Positions 9,959 through 20,114 of a stretch of 64,000 nucleotides of DNA are shown here, one piece after another; the stretch's first letter is position 1, and each line of letters starts with the position of its first letter. The notes under the pieces are model-generated. The model searched no databases. It worked only from the letters and a program-made list of their open reading frames with translations, and was not told where the DNA came from. Source of the stretch: Candidatus Latescibacterota bacterium (GTDB lineage Bacteria > Latescibacterota > UBA2968); contig OZ242311.1 in NCBI GenBank assembly GCA_965207885.1, positions 2,848,001-2,912,000 of the forward strand, given 5' to 3'. The position numbers and the translations under genes were made by a program.

Positions 9959-11956
9959 TTACTCCTCTTTGCTGCTCTGTGACTCATCCTTCGCTTCCGT
10001 TTCTGTTTCTGCTTCTACCTCTGTTTCGGCTTCAGCTTCTACTTCTGCCTCGGCTGTTTCGGTTTGTGCTTCGGTTTCAACTTCCACTACATCTTCCACT
10101 TCCACCTCTACTTCGGCTTCCACGGTCTCTTCATCTTCATCCTCTGTCTCATCTTCCACTTCTACTTCAGCTTCAGCTTCCACATTATCTTCAACTTCTG
10201 CTTCAGTCTCAGCTTCTACCTCGACTTCTTCTTCGGCTACTTCATCTTCCACTGCTACTTCTGCGCCTTCGCGTCGAGGATGTGCCGCCAGAAAAGCGTC
10301 GATTTCATCTTGGTCGGCATCGCGCAAACGCTCTCGCACGCTCAACACAATTTTCTTTTGATCTTCGTCAAACTCCACGACTTTCAGCGGTATCTCATCG
10401 CCTTCCTCGAAATATTCATCGGGACGTTGAAGGTCGTCAATACCCAGTTGGGAGATCGGCACAAATCCCTCGACATGGCCTTCGAGGTCAACGACCACCC
10501 CGCGTTCGAGAATGCGAGAAATATTACCCTCTACGGCATTGCCCACCGCATAGGTAACAGCCAATTTCGCCCAGGGATTTTCAATAGTCTGTTTGTGCCC
10601 CAGCGAAATTCGCCGGCGCTCTTTGTCGATATTGAGCACAATAACATCCAGTTCCTGGCCTTTTTTGATCACCTCGCTCGGATGGCGAATGCGCTTGGTC
10701 CAGGACATATCGGAAATATGCACCAACCCGTCGATCCCCTCTTCGATTTCAACAAAAGCTCCAAAATTAGTCAAATTGCGTACAATGCCTCGAAGAGGTG
10801 TACCTGAGGGATATTTTTGGTCGAGATCTTCCCAGGGATCGGGCTGCACTTGCTTGAGGCCCAGGGAAATTTTTTGCCCTTCCTGGTCAACGCGCAGGAC
10901 CATAACCTCAACTTCATCGCCGATGGAGACCAGCTTGGAAGGATGGCGAATATGCTGTGTCCACGACATTTCAGAAATGTGTACCAACCCTTCGACACCC
11001 TGTTCCAACTCGACAAAAGCTCCGTAATCCGTAATGCTGACAACCTTGCCTATCACCTTGTTATCAACCGGATATTTTTCCTCGACATCTTTCCAGGGAT
11101 GGTCTTGTAATTGCTTCATACCCAGAGAAATGCGCTCGCGCTTCTCATCGTAATTGAGCACCTTGACTTCTACTTCTTCGCCAATGGACAAGACTTCTGA
11201 TGGATGCCCAACCCTGCCCCAGGCAATATCCGTAATGTGCAACAACCCGTCTAAACCTCCCAGATCGATAAACGCACCAAAGTCGGTGATATTTTTGACC
11301 GATCCCTGACGCACTTGTCCCACTTCCAATGTGGCGAGAATCTGTTTGCGTAGCCTGGAACGTTCTTCTTCGAGAACAACGCGACGAGAAATGACAATAT
11401 TGCGGCGGTTTTTGTTGAGCTTTATAATCCGGAACGGGTACACATTGCCGAGAAATTGATCAAAATTTTTGACCTGTTTGATGTCAATTTGGGAGCCGGG
11501 CAAGAAAGCATCGACGCCGAAAAGATCCACCACAATGCCCCCTTTGATTCGCCTCATCAAACGACCCTCAACAATCTGATCGCTATCATATGCGTCCTTA
11601 ATGCGATCCCACACCCGCATAAAGTCAGCCTTGGTCTTGGACAGCACCACCTGGCCTTCTTGATCTTCAATGCTCTCCAAAAAAACCTCGATTTCATCGC
11701 CTTCCTCTATAGCTGGCGGGTCGCCAAACTCAGAGAGAGGAATCGCGCCTTCAGACTTGAAACCGATATCTACCACCACGATTCCGTCGTGGATGGACCT
11801 CACAGTACCCACAACAATCTCGCCCTGCTTAATGGTCTCTAACGTCTCTTCGTAGAGTTCCATCATTTCATTAAATTCTGCCTCGCTATATTCGCTTTCA
11901 TCCAGTGCGGCCAGGGCTTCTTCAGGGGTGGGTTTGGAAAGGGTATTAACAGACAT
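9959..11956 (-). CDS. rpsA: 30S ribosomal protein S1 with long acidic C-terminal tail
   Basis: Six S1 repeats (DIGFKSEG, FGAFIDLGGLDGLLHITD, etc.). Start placed at MSVNT. Confidence 0.97.
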   Translation of the reverse strand: MSVNTLSKPTPEEALAALDESEYSEAEFNEMMELYEETLETIKQGEIVVGTVRSIHDGIVVVDIGFKSEGAIPLSEFGDPPAIEEGDEIEVFLESIEDQEGQVVLSKTKADFMRVWDRIKDAYDSDQIVEGRLMRRIKGGIVVDLFGVDAFLPGSQIDIKQVKNFDQFLGNVYPFRIIKLNKNRRNIVISRRVVLEEERSRLRKQILATLEVGQVRQGSVKNITDFGAFIDLGGLDGLLHITDIAWGRVGHPSEVLSIGEEVEVKVLNYDEKRERISLGMKQLQDHPWKDVEEKYPVDNKVIGKVVSITDYGAFVELEQGVEGLVHISEMSWTQHIRHPSKLVSIGDEVEVMVLRVDQEGQKISLGLKQVQPDPWEDLDQKYPSGTPLRGIVRNLTNFGAFVEIEEGIDGLVHISDMSWTKRIRHPSEVIKKGQELDVIVLNIDKERRRISLGHKQTIENPWAKLAVTYAVGNAVEGNISRILERGVVVDLEGHVEGFVPISQLGIDDLQRPDEYFEEGDEIPLKVVEFDEDQKKIVLSVRERLRDADQDEIDAFLAAHPRREGAEVAVEDEVAEEEVEVEAETEAEVEDNVEAEAEVEVEDETEDEDEETVEAEVEVEVEDVVEVETEAQTETAEAEVEAEAETEVEAETETEAKDESQSSKEE

Positions 11957-12048
11957 ACCTAATATTTCCTTTCGCGCTAAAAAATCGCGCAAAACAATAA
12001 AAAAAGAACGACGAACAACGTCGATCAAACCGTGCCGACACCTTATGG

Positions 12049-12717
12049 TTAACCATTGTGGGAAGCGGGTGCGACCGTGCCGGCTTTCCGCCGCATCCGC
12101 TTCAGAACAGCGAGATGACGCATCACTTCCTGAGTGACAAAATTGTAGGCGTCGCGACGCCTGTCGGGCAATCCTTCTGGACAACCCAAAATAGGCTTGC
12201 CAAATCGCACCTGCAACCGATCCAGCCCAACCATCGTTTTCCAGATATTGACTGTGCCCGAAATATATACGGGTATCACAGGTGCCTGAGTGCGATAAAC
12301 CAGCATGCCAACCCCTGGTCGAGGGCGCAGAAATTCGGGACGCTTATTGCGCGTGCCTTCTGGAAAAATGAGTACGGGATTACCGTCCTGCAAAATTTTC
12401 GTCCAGGCCAAAAATGCGCTGCGATCTCCACGGCTTCTGTCAACGGGCATCGCGTGTAACTTGTGAATCAACTTTCCCAGCAACGGAATAGGAAAGAGTT
12501 CAGCCTTAGCAAGATACCAAAGTTCGCGACCTGCCGCAACTCCAATAATAACGGGATCGACGTTAGAACAATGGTTAGAAGCCAAAATTAACGCACCCGA
12601 CTGGGGTATGTAACACCGCCCTTCGACCCGTAACCGAAAGAGAACAACGGCCAGCCCGTAGGCCAGCCACCAGCAAAAGCGATAAAAAGTCATCGGTATC
12701 GTCCATTTATCATTCAC
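12049..12717 (-). CDS. plsC: Lysophospholipid acyltransferase (PlsC-like)
   Basis: NHCSNVD and FPEGTR motifs; lies between cmk and rpsA. Confidence 0.88.
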   Translation of the reverse strand: MNDKWTIPMTFYRFCWWLAYGLAVVLFRLRVEGRCYIPQSGALILASNHCSNVDPVIIGVAAGRELWYLAKAELFPIPLLGKLIHKLHAMPVDRSRGDRSAFLAWTKILQDGNPVLIFPEGTRNKRPEFLRPRPGVGMLVYRTQAPVIPVYISGTVNIWKTMVGLDRLQVRFGKPILGCPEGLPDRRRDAYNFVTQEVMRHLAVLKRMRRKAGTVAPASHNG

Positions 12718-13397
12718 GCCCTATTTTGCCTGTGGGCAAGAGCAACAATCCGATCCACTTGTTCTGAGATTGACAATTCTGTGGTATCTATACACACGGC
12801 ATCGGGCGCGGGCCATGCGCCGCGTTGCAACTGCGTTTGCCGGTCGCGGATATCCCGAATGCGAATCTCGTCCAACAACGACTCAAACACAGCAGATTCG
12901 CCCCTTTTTTGCAAGTCTCTGAGTCGTCGCCGCGCGCGTTCGGCTGGATCGGCAACAAGAAAAATTTTCAATTCCGCATCTGGAAAAATAGCGGTACCAG
13001 TGTCGCGACCTTCTAAAACAATACCCCCATTCCGTCCCATGGCCCGCTGTAACGCAACGAGCACATTGCGCACCCCTGGATGGACAGCTACGCGAGACGC
13101 AGCCTGCGAAATTTCAGATGAGCGAATTGCATCGGATATATTTTTCCCATTGAGCAGGGTTTGCAACTGCCCATCTCGCATCTCAAATGCGAGATCGAGC
13201 GCACGACACACCGCGGTTACGCCATCGGCATCATCGGGATCAACACCCTGTTGCAGGACCGCCAGCCCCACGGCGCGATACATCGCCCCGGTATCCAGAT
13301 ACAGGTACTCCATTTGATCTGCAACGAGCCGTGCAGTTGTACTCTTGCCAGCACCTGCCGGGCCATCAATCGCAATAACAATGCCATTTTCGCGCAT
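12714..13397 (-). CDS. cmk: Cytidylate kinase
   Basis: IAIDGPAGAGKST, LDTGAMYR, EGRDTGT. Confidence 0.97.
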   Translation of the reverse strand: MRENGIVIAIDGPAGAGKSTTARLVADQMEYLYLDTGAMYRAVGLAVLQQGVDPDDADGVTAVCRALDLAFEMRDGQLQTLLNGKNISDAIRSSEISQAASRVAVHPGVRNVLVALQRAMGRNGGIVLEGRDTGTAIFPDAELKIFLVADPAERARRRLRDLQKRGESAVFESLLDEIRIRDIRDRQTQLQRGAWPAPDAVCIDTTELSISEQVDRIVALAHRQNRA

Positions 13398-13404
13398 ACA
13401 TTAC

Positions 13405-14139
13405 TCATTGTTCATGGTACAGCCCGACCATTTCCCGAAGCCTTTTTACTTCCGCTTGTGTCAGATGCCGCCATTGGCCTGGCTCGAGATGTCGCGTTGT
13501 GAGTCCGGCAAAATGCGTGCGTGTCAAAGACTGCACCCGATGTCCTGCCGCCTCGCACATTCGCTTCACCTGTCTTTTTCGTCCCTCGTGAAGCACCAAT
13601 TCTAATTCTGTATCCCCACCTCTTGCGCGCATCACGCGAATATGTGCAGGAGCCGAAATCCCATCATTGAGCTTTATGCCCTCCCTCAATGCTGTCAATA
13701 CCGCCTCGCTGGGATGCCCGCGCACCCATGCGCGATAGACTTTTTTTACGCCATATCGCGGATGGGTCAATCGAAATGCCAGATCGCCGTCATCCATCAA
13801 CAACAAAACCCCTCGCGTATCCAGATCGAGCCGTCCGGCGGGAAAAACCCGAGCATCAATGCCGCGCAACAATTTGTAAATTGTTTGGGCATGATGCGGA
13901 TCGCGCGCCGATACCAGATATCCCGGGGGTTTGTGCAATAAAATATAAGTTTGTCGTTCAACCGATTGGATCGCCCGCCCATTGACACATACGCGATCGC
14001 TATGCGGGTTTAATCGCGTGCCCGGATGTGTCACAACAGCGCCATTTATTTTAACGCTACCCGTTTGGATCAACCGATCGCTCGCCCGCCGCGAAGCTAC
14101 CCCCGCGCGGGCCAGAAACCGGTTCAGGCGCTCTGTCAT
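13405..14139 (-). CDS. rluB: rRNA pseudouridine synthase (RluB/RsuA family)
   Basis: S4 domain RLNRFLARAGVASRR, GRLD, EGRKRQVKRM; follows scpB. Confidence 0.88.
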   Translation of the reverse strand: MTERLNRFLARAGVASRRASDRLIQTGSVKINGAVVTHPGTRLNPHSDRVCVNGRAIQSVERQTYILLHKPPGYLVSARDPHHAQTIYKLLRGIDARVFPAGRLDLDTRGVLLLMDDGDLAFRLTHPRYGVKKVYRAWVRGHPSEAVLTALREGIKLNDGISAPAHIRVMRARGGDTELELVLHEGRKRQVKRMCEAAGHRVQSLTRTHFAGLTTRHLEPGQWRHLTQAEVKRLREMVGLYHEQ

Positions 14140-14797
14140 GGGTATCCTGTTCGCTTTCTCCATCGGTATTGATCACGCCCGATAACGGGCTGTCTTTGCC
14201 TTCGGCCACCCGTTGTTCTTCTTCTCGAAGCAACTCTTCCAACTCGCGAATCCGGGGCAGATCAGACAGGGTCTTAAGGCCAAAATGCTTCAAAAAATCG
14301 CGTGTCGTTCCGTATAACAGAGGCCGCCCGGGCGCGTCTGACCGCCCGGAAATGCGGATCAGGCCCTTTTCCATCAATTGCCGCAAAACGCCATCGACAG
14401 ACACACCGCGAATATGCTCGACTTCGGCTTTGGTAACCGGCTGTTTAAAAGCCAGAATAGCGAGCGTTTCCAGGGAAGCTTGAGAAAGCCGGGGCGCGAC
14501 TCTCTCGCGCATCAGTTGCCGAATCCATGGCGCAAATTCGCTGTGTACAGCCAACTGAAAGCCCCCCGCGACTTCGACAACCCTGAAACTGCGCCCCGTC
14601 TGTGCGTATTCTTCATTGAGATCATTGACATAAGCGCGAATTTCTTTTGCGCCAGTATGCTGTCCCAAAACCGATGACAGACGCGATGCTCCCAGAGGAT
14701 CATCGGCTGCAATCAACAACGCTTCAACAACGCCTTTGTTGCGTGCATCTTCATCGGTAGCCAGATTGGCGACGCGTGCGTCATCTCTCTCAGACAT
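14057..14797 (-). CDS. scpB: SMC-Scp complex subunit ScpB
   Basis: LSQASLETLAILAFKQPVT..IRGV, GRPLLYGTT..FL..FGL. Confidence 0.96.
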   Translation of the reverse strand: MSERDDARVANLATDEDARNKGVVEALLIAADDPLGASRLSSVLGQHTGAKEIRAYVNDLNEEYAQTGRSFRVVEVAGGFQLAVHSEFAPWIRQLMRERVAPRLSQASLETLAILAFKQPVTKAEVEHIRGVSVDGVLRQLMEKGLIRISGRSDAPGRPLLYGTTRDFLKHFGLKTLSDLPRIRELEELLREEEQRVAEGKDSPLSGVINTDGESEQDTHDRAPEPVSGPRGGSFAAGERSVDPNG

Positions 14798-15584
14798 CGT
14801 TTATGTCCTCCTCGAAAGACGCCGTTTCTAAAGCATCGCGGCGATAAACCCAGAGTTCTCCATCGATATCGGCCTGTTGAACGCGGACTTTCCCTTCTTT
14901 CATCAATTCCAGCAACGCGATAAATGTCACAACAACAACAGTGCGATATGTACTGGCAATCAGATCGCTAAATGGAACCTGATGCCGTCGCTCGAGTACA
15001 TCAAGCACGTATTCGGCGCGCTCCTCTGTGGTCACATCAACCCGTGTCACCTCGTGAAAATCGGCTTTTGGCGCCGCATCCATCGCTTGCTTAAAGGCGC
15101 GAAGCAATTCGAACAGGCTCACGGGACGAAATTCCCCGACTTCTTGCTTCCGAATATCTTCCAGATCCATCGAAGCACCCCGATAGAAAACATCGCGGTA
15201 TTCCGTTTGTTGATCGTCCATCCACGCGGCGACTTCTCTGAACTGCTGGTATTCCAACAAGCGGCGCACCAATTCTTCGCGCGGATCTCCTTCTTCCTCC
15301 TCGGCTTCTGGATCAGAGGGCAATAACATGCGCGATTTGATGCGCATCAATGTGGCGGCCATCACGACAAAATCGCCAGCGACCTCTAAGTTTAATCGCT
15401 GGATGATCTCGACATATTCTAAAAATTGCCGCGTAATATCAGCGATGGGAATATCGTAGATATCGATCTCGTTTTTTTGGATGAGAAAGAGCAACAGATC
15501 CAGCGGGCCTTCAAACAAATCGAGCTTCACGCCATAAGGCGCGGCATCCGGATCGAACTGAGCTGTCAAATTGGATGCAATCAT
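14790..15584 (-). CDS. scpA: Segregation/condensation protein ScpA
   Basis: [26 protein letters not shown]. Confidence 0.96.
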   Translation of the reverse strand: MIASNLTAQFDPDAAPYGVKLDLFEGPLDLLLFLIQKNEIDIYDIPIADITRQFLEYVEIIQRLNLEVAGDFVVMAATLMRIKSRMLLPSDPEAEEEEGDPREELVRRLLEYQQFREVAAWMDDQQTEYRDVFYRGASMDLEDIRKQEVGEFRPVSLFELLRAFKQAMDAAPKADFHEVTRVDVTTEERAEYVLDVLERRHQVPFSDLIASTYRTVVVVTFIALLELMKEGKVRVQQADIDGELWVYRRDALETASFEEDINDV

Positions 15585-16648
15585 CGCGCCTCCTTCTCTT
15601 GTTTTTTCATTCTATCTCGCGCTTTGCGAGAAATTCGATTCCATACGCCGGCAAAACCCATCGCCTTTTTCATAGCCAAAAGCGTTTCGTTCGCAAGTGC
15701 TTGGGTTTTGAGCGTACCTTCGTAAATCACTTGCTCGACATAACCCGACTGCGCCGCAAAATGTGCTCGGCGTTGGCGGATAGGTGCGAGAAACACATTG
15801 AGCGCGCGTGCCAATTTATCTTTCACTTCGACATCGCCCACGCGACCCTGGCGATAGCGGGTTTTGAGATCATTGACTTCAGCGACATTGGGATTAAATG
15901 CATCGTGATACATAAATACGGGATTGCCTTCGACAGTTCCCGGAATATCCGCGCGAACGCGCCTGGGGTCTGTGTACATACCGCGCACTTTTTTTTCTAC
16001 TGTCTTTTCATCATCAGATAAAAAAATCGCATTGTCGAGACTTTTGCTCATCTTTGCCTGTCCATCGGTTCCCACCAGGGTAGGCACATCGCCCATGAGG
16101 AGTTCGGGAATGGGAAATACATCGCCGTAATACGCGTTGAACCGACGCGCAATTTCCCGCGTCACTTCAACGTGCGCCTCATTGTCTTTCCCCACTGGCA
16201 CAACATGTGCACGCGGCATCAAAATATCGGCACTTTGAAGTACTGGATACCCAATCAGACCAAATGGAATAGCTTCATCGGTCATATTCGCCGCGCGTGC
16301 CATATCTTTCACACTGGGCAGCCGCGCCACGCGGGGCAATGTCACGAGCATCTCAAAAAATAGATTCATCTCGTACACAGCGTGAATGGCCGATTGCAAA
16401 TAAATGGTCGATTTTTTGGGATCTATGCCCACGGCCAAATAATCCAATACCATCTCATAGATATTTTCACGCAGTGCATCGATGTATTCTTTTTGGGGCT
16501 GCGTGGTCAACATGTGCAGGTCGGCCACTAAAAAATAGCTCTCGTAATCATCTTGCAGGGCCACGCGGTTTTTCAAAGACCCAACATAGTGCCCGAGATG
16601 CAAACGCCCCGTGGGCCGATCACCTGTCAAAATTCGCTTTTTTTCCAT
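15581..16648 (-). CDS. trpS: Tryptophan-tRNA ligase
   Basis: [27 protein letters not shown]. Confidence 0.98.
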   Translation of the reverse strand: MEKKRILTGDRPTGRLHLGHYVGSLKNRVALQDDYESYFLVADLHMLTTQPQKEYIDALRENIYEMVLDYLAVGIDPKKSTIYLQSAIHAVYEMNLFFEMLVTLPRVARLPSVKDMARAANMTDEAIPFGLIGYPVLQSADILMPRAHVVPVGKDNEAHVEVTREIARRFNAYYGDVFPIPELLMGDVPTLVGTDGQAKMSKSLDNAIFLSDDEKTVEKKVRGMYTDPRRVRADIPGTVEGNPVFMYHDAFNPNVAEVNDLKTRYRQGRVGDVEVKDKLARALNVFLAPIRQRRAHFAAQSGYVEQVIYEGTLKTQALANETLLAMKKAMGFAGVWNRISRKARDRMKKQEKEAR

Positions 16649-16660
16649 CAGTCCCCGCTT

Positions 16661-17203
16661 TTAATCATCCATAAAAAGATAGGGACGCCAGCGACGGTCT
16701 GGCACCCCAATATGATGTCGAATAAAGGTCACCCGATTGGGAGACTGAGGCTTGCGCAATAATGATAAACCGACTTCCGCAGGCGTATTGTCGCCCTTGC
16801 GGTTGTTGCATCGATGGCAGGCGCACACCAGATTATCCCATGAATTGCGCCCATTGTGAGACCGCGGCACCACGTGATCAATGGTAAATGGACCGCGGCG
16901 AATGCCACAATACTGACACTGGAACCCATCGCGTTTTAAGATATTGCGCTTGGTCAAGGCGAGCGGTTTGGGAGGCACGCGCACATATACGGCCAGACGC
17001 ACCACACTCGGTACGGGGAATGAATCGCTCACCGTATGAATACGAGAATCGCACGCTTCGACAACTTCGGCGCGACCTCGAAAAACCAGCACAATAGCCC
17101 TGCGCACAGAACACACGTGCAGAGGTTCGTAACTCTGATTGAGCACCAGCACAGACTGATTGAGTACCGTGGGCATTGTCACGGGCATGATAAAGCACCT
17201 CAA
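16661..17203 (-). CDS. HNH endonuclease (McrA-like)
   Basis: VLVLNQSYEPL, RDGFQCQYCG, TIDHVVPRS..NLVCACHRCNNRKG. The start may be one of the downstream Met codons. Confidence 0.9.
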   Translation of the reverse strand: MRCFIMPVTMPTVLNQSVLVLNQSYEPLHVCSVRRAIVLVFRGRAEVVEACDSRIHTVSDSFPVPSVVRLAVYVRVPPKPLALTKRNILKRDGFQCQYCGIRRGPFTIDHVVPRSHNGRNSWDNLVCACHRCNNRKGDNTPAEVGLSLLRKPQSPNRVTFIRHHIGVPDRRWRPYLFMDD

Positions 17204-17354
17204 AAATAGCGATTAGCCTCCACCCATCTACTCCCTAACATAAATCCTCATGATATATTGTATTGACTACAAGGTGTCAAGCCTTATTCTGTGACATTTC
17301 TCGGTCTAAGGCCTTAACGCGATGCATTTCGGCAAGTATGCGCGGTGATGTGGG

Positions 17355-17680
17355 TCAATTCAGTACCTCCCAGTGCCCCCCTCTGGCTGGACCAACGCGA
17401 CGCAAACGGCCTTGTTCTTGGAGTTTGGCAAGCTGTTTTTCGATAGCACGCGTGGTGACACCGAGTATTCCAGCCAGTTTGGAAATCGTCATGTCGGGAT
17501 TTTCTGCGAGTCTGGTCAAAATCTCGACATCAGTTTTCTCCGAACTTTTTTCTAAATTTTGATCTTTCTCCGAACTTTTCTCCGAACTTTTTGGCAAAAC
17601 ATCCACCAATCTCATTTCTTCGCGACATTACGCACACAGCCTTGAATTGGCGGGTATTGCTTTCACCCAAAGCGATTTGG
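17355..17680 (-). pseudogene. Internally deleted AlbA_2/HATPase/wHTH-type gene relic
   Basis: Minus strand ~17635-17680 reads QIALGESNTRQFKA, like an AlbA-domain start. It is joined out of frame to SSEK repeats and a wHTH ending in RRVGPARGGHWEVL. Confidence 0.6.
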
Positions 17681-17748
17681 GAAAGGAAAGTTGGGGAGGA
17701 TCATTTGGAGAATTCTGATTATACTTAGCTATTATCCTCTCACCTTCT

Positions 17749-19485
17749 CTATAGCTCTACTAATGCTCGCTGAATGGGTAGTCTGGTGACTACAGGAGAA
17801 TTGAAGTCGGACAAAGTCTCCTTTACAGGGTTATAACCAAGTTGTGACCTGAGCAAATCTTTGGTCTTGCGAATTGAACTGCTCACGCTAACAGTATTCA
17901 TAAGTCCTTGAAGTTGCTGCTCTATTCGGAACTTGAGAGCTGTATTTTCACTCCTGATCGCCAAATCCAATGCAGTCTCGAAATCTGTCTGTGCCTCTTT
18001 TATGTGGTTCAATATAGCATTCGCAGTGCCTCGATTGTAGTAGACTAAGGCATCGTCTGGATTCAGGTGAATCGCCCGATCAAAGTCGGCAATCGCAGCT
18101 TCATACTCCCTAAGGACAAGCTTCGCATTACCTCGGTTGTGATAGGCCTCGGCATAGTCTGGATTTAGATCAATCGCTTGGTTATAATCGGCGATTGCAG
18201 CCTGATATTCGCCCAAGACAAACCTCGCAATGCCTCGATTATAATAAGCTTCGAAGTAGTCAGGTTTGAGAAGAATCACTTGGTCATCGTCGGTAATCGC
18301 AGCCTCATAGTCGCCAAGGATAAACTTTGCAATACCTCGATTATAATAGGCATCCGCATAGTCTGACTTCAAACGAATCGCTTGATCAAAGTCAACAATC
18401 GCAGCTTCATGATTCCCAAGGTTGCCCTTCGCAATGCCTTGATTGCAGTAAGCTTTGAATAAATCTGGATTTAACTGAATCGCTCGGTCAAAATCGGCAA
18501 TCGCAGCCTCATAGTCGCCAAGGACTCGCTTTAAAATGCCTCGATTGTAGTAGGCGTCGGCATAGTCTGGATTCAATTGAATCGCCCTGTCAAAATCGGC
18601 AATTGCAGCCTCAGGTTGCTTAATGACGCTCTTCACAATGCCTCGATGGCTGTAAGCCTCAATATAATCTGGATTTAACTGAATCGCTCGGTCAAAATCG
18701 GCAATCGCAGCTTCATAGTCGCTAATGAAAAGCTTCACACTGCCCCGGTTGTAGTAAACTTCTGCATCGTCTGGCTTCAGACTAAGTGCCCTGTCAAAAT
18801 CGGCAATTGCAGCCTCAGGTTGCTCCAGCATTCCTTTCGCAGTGCCTCGATTGGTGTAGGCATCGGCAAAATCGGGTTTTAGACTGAGTGCCCGGTCATA
18901 AACAGAAATGGCTTCTTGGATATTATTTTTTTTAGCAACTTCTACATCTCCTTCTGTCAAGAGATAACCAACGGAAAACCAGGCCTGAGCAGCAAGTTCA
19001 TTGTCAATTCCTTCTGAGACATTGGCGATGGAACGCCACTTTTCAATAGCCTCTTCAATTTCTCCGCCTCGTAGCAAAGAGTCGGCCTCGAAAATAGCGC
19101 GGTCTAAGGGAAATGCTGCGAGATTCTGCCGTACCTTTTGTATGGCTTCTTCCGCTTCCTGTTTCTGTCCATTGAGTGCCTTTACAAGTTCCTGCGCTTC
19201 CCCAGATCCTGCCTTCAATACGTCATAAAAGACATCGAGTTGTGAGCGATCCTCAACAGTGGAGAGAATTGCAATAGACTCAGCCATGCTCTCAGCATAG
19301 TCGGCAACGGTATCAGAGAGAGGGATTAGGATTTCCCAATTTCGTCCACCATATTTTTTAGTGTAGATGGTGGCACGCTTTCCCCATTGACCAACGTCTT
19401 TCCATCCATGAGTTTTAAGATAATGGCGCAGATTTGTGGATGGCAACGATGATAGGGCTGCTCGATCACGAATTTGGACTAACAT
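17749..19485 (-). CDS. TPR-repeat protein with N-terminal domain like the usual DUF4365 partner
   Basis: Nine regular 34-aa repeats (AYYNRG..AAIADFDRAI.L.PD) plus degenerate ones. N-terminus LRHYLKTHGW..EILIPL..DY.. Confidence 0.88.
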   Translation of the reverse strand: MLVQIRDRAALSSLPSTNLRHYLKTHGWKDVGQWGKRATIYTKKYGGRNWEILIPLSDTVADYAESMAESIAILSTVEDRSQLDVFYDVLKAGSGEAQELVKALNGQKQEAEEAIQKVRQNLAAFPLDRAIFEADSLLRGGEIEEAIEKWRSIANVSEGIDNELAAQAWFSVGYLLTEGDVEVAKKNNIQEAISVYDRALSLKPDFADAYTNRGTAKGMLEQPEAAIADFDRALSLKPDDAEVYYNRGSVKLFISDYEAAIADFDRAIQLNPDYIEAYSHRGIVKSVIKQPEAAIADFDRAIQLNPDYADAYYNRGILKRVLGDYEAAIADFDRAIQLNPDLFKAYCNQGIAKGNLGNHEAAIVDFDQAIRLKSDYADAYYNRGIAKFILGDYEAAITDDDQVILLKPDYFEAYYNRGIARFVLGEYQAAIADYNQAIDLNPDYAEAYHNRGNAKLVLREYEAAIADFDRAIHLNPDDALVYYNRGTANAILNHIKEAQTDFETALDLAIRSENTALKFRIEQQLQGLMNTVSVSSSIRKTKDLLRSQLGYNPVKETLSDFNSPVVTRLPIQRALVEL

Positions 19486-19964
19486 AACGATTGTCCTTTC
19501 TCTGCCTTGGTCATCAAATCAACGAGTTGCTCAACATTGAACATATTGACCAAAGGAATATGAACCGTGATACTGGTAGTATTGCTAACCTCCTGATGCC
19601 CTTCCAGCGATACCCAATAGCCGCAATGGCGCAGACAAAGTTGCTCTTGAGTTTGCGTTAACCACTGTCTTTTTTCTTTTGGCATCAGTACAACGATCAA
19701 GATACGTGGCGTCCTGGTCTCTGCTCTCAAATCATCATAGTTTTTTATTTTTAGAGCAAAGTGTATGTTGTCACCTTGCACGATCTGCTGTGAGGTAGCC
19801 TTGGCTTGAAAGTCTATCCTGGGCCGTCGCCCGAAATCTGCGACCAGCGTACCATCAACACTGTCGTTATCCAACTCCGGCCTGGTTATCTGATAACCAG
19901 CCTGCGCCGCCACCGCTCTGATATATGCCAGAGAAAACTGCTCCTTCTGTTCGTTTAAATTCAT
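19479..19964 (-). CDS. DUF4365-family PD-(D/E)XK nuclease-like protein
   Basis: KEQFSLAYIRAVAAQAG..DNDSVDG..IDFQAKAT..KNYDDLR..PRILIVV. Confidence 0.85.
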   Translation of the reverse strand: MNLNEQKEQFSLAYIRAVAAQAGYQITRPELDNDSVDGTLVADFGRRPRIDFQAKATSQQIVQGDNIHFALKIKNYDDLRAETRTPRILIVVLMPKEKRQWLTQTQEQLCLRHCGYWVSLEGHQEVSNTTSITVHIPLVNMFNVEQLVDLMTKAEKGQSLC

Positions 19965-20114
19965 TACACCTCTTCCCTACCCCTCAAAGGTATCGCGCAG
20001 GATGACGAAAGCACCGTCTTTGTAGAACTTCTCTATAATATACTATGGATTTTTGTGGGATTGAACAAGCTGTAACCCTCGCGAGTATCCTAACTTATGA
20101 ATCAAAATGTTCTG

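Noticed and set aside
9891-10557. Ser-rich and Leu-rich plus-strand ORFs
   Set aside because: Antisense shadows of the Glu-rich rpsA tail.
14057-14139. 83-bp scpB/rluB overlap as a frameshift
   Set aside because: Both conserved domains are complete, and the overlap involves only a low-complexity tail.
17248-17280. Palindrome ttgac..gtcaa and an NrdR-box-like stretch upstream of the HNH gene
   Set aside because: Only a half-match to the NrdR consensus; explained adequately as a TTGACA promoter.
17276-17354. Minus-strand peptide LAEMHRVKALDREMSQNKA as a possible HsdM C-terminal relic
   Set aside because: The similarity is too weak to support by eye.
17990-18910. Regular ~102-bp repeats, possibly CRISPR-like
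   Set aside because: They encode in-frame TPR units; there is no constant repeat with unique spacers.
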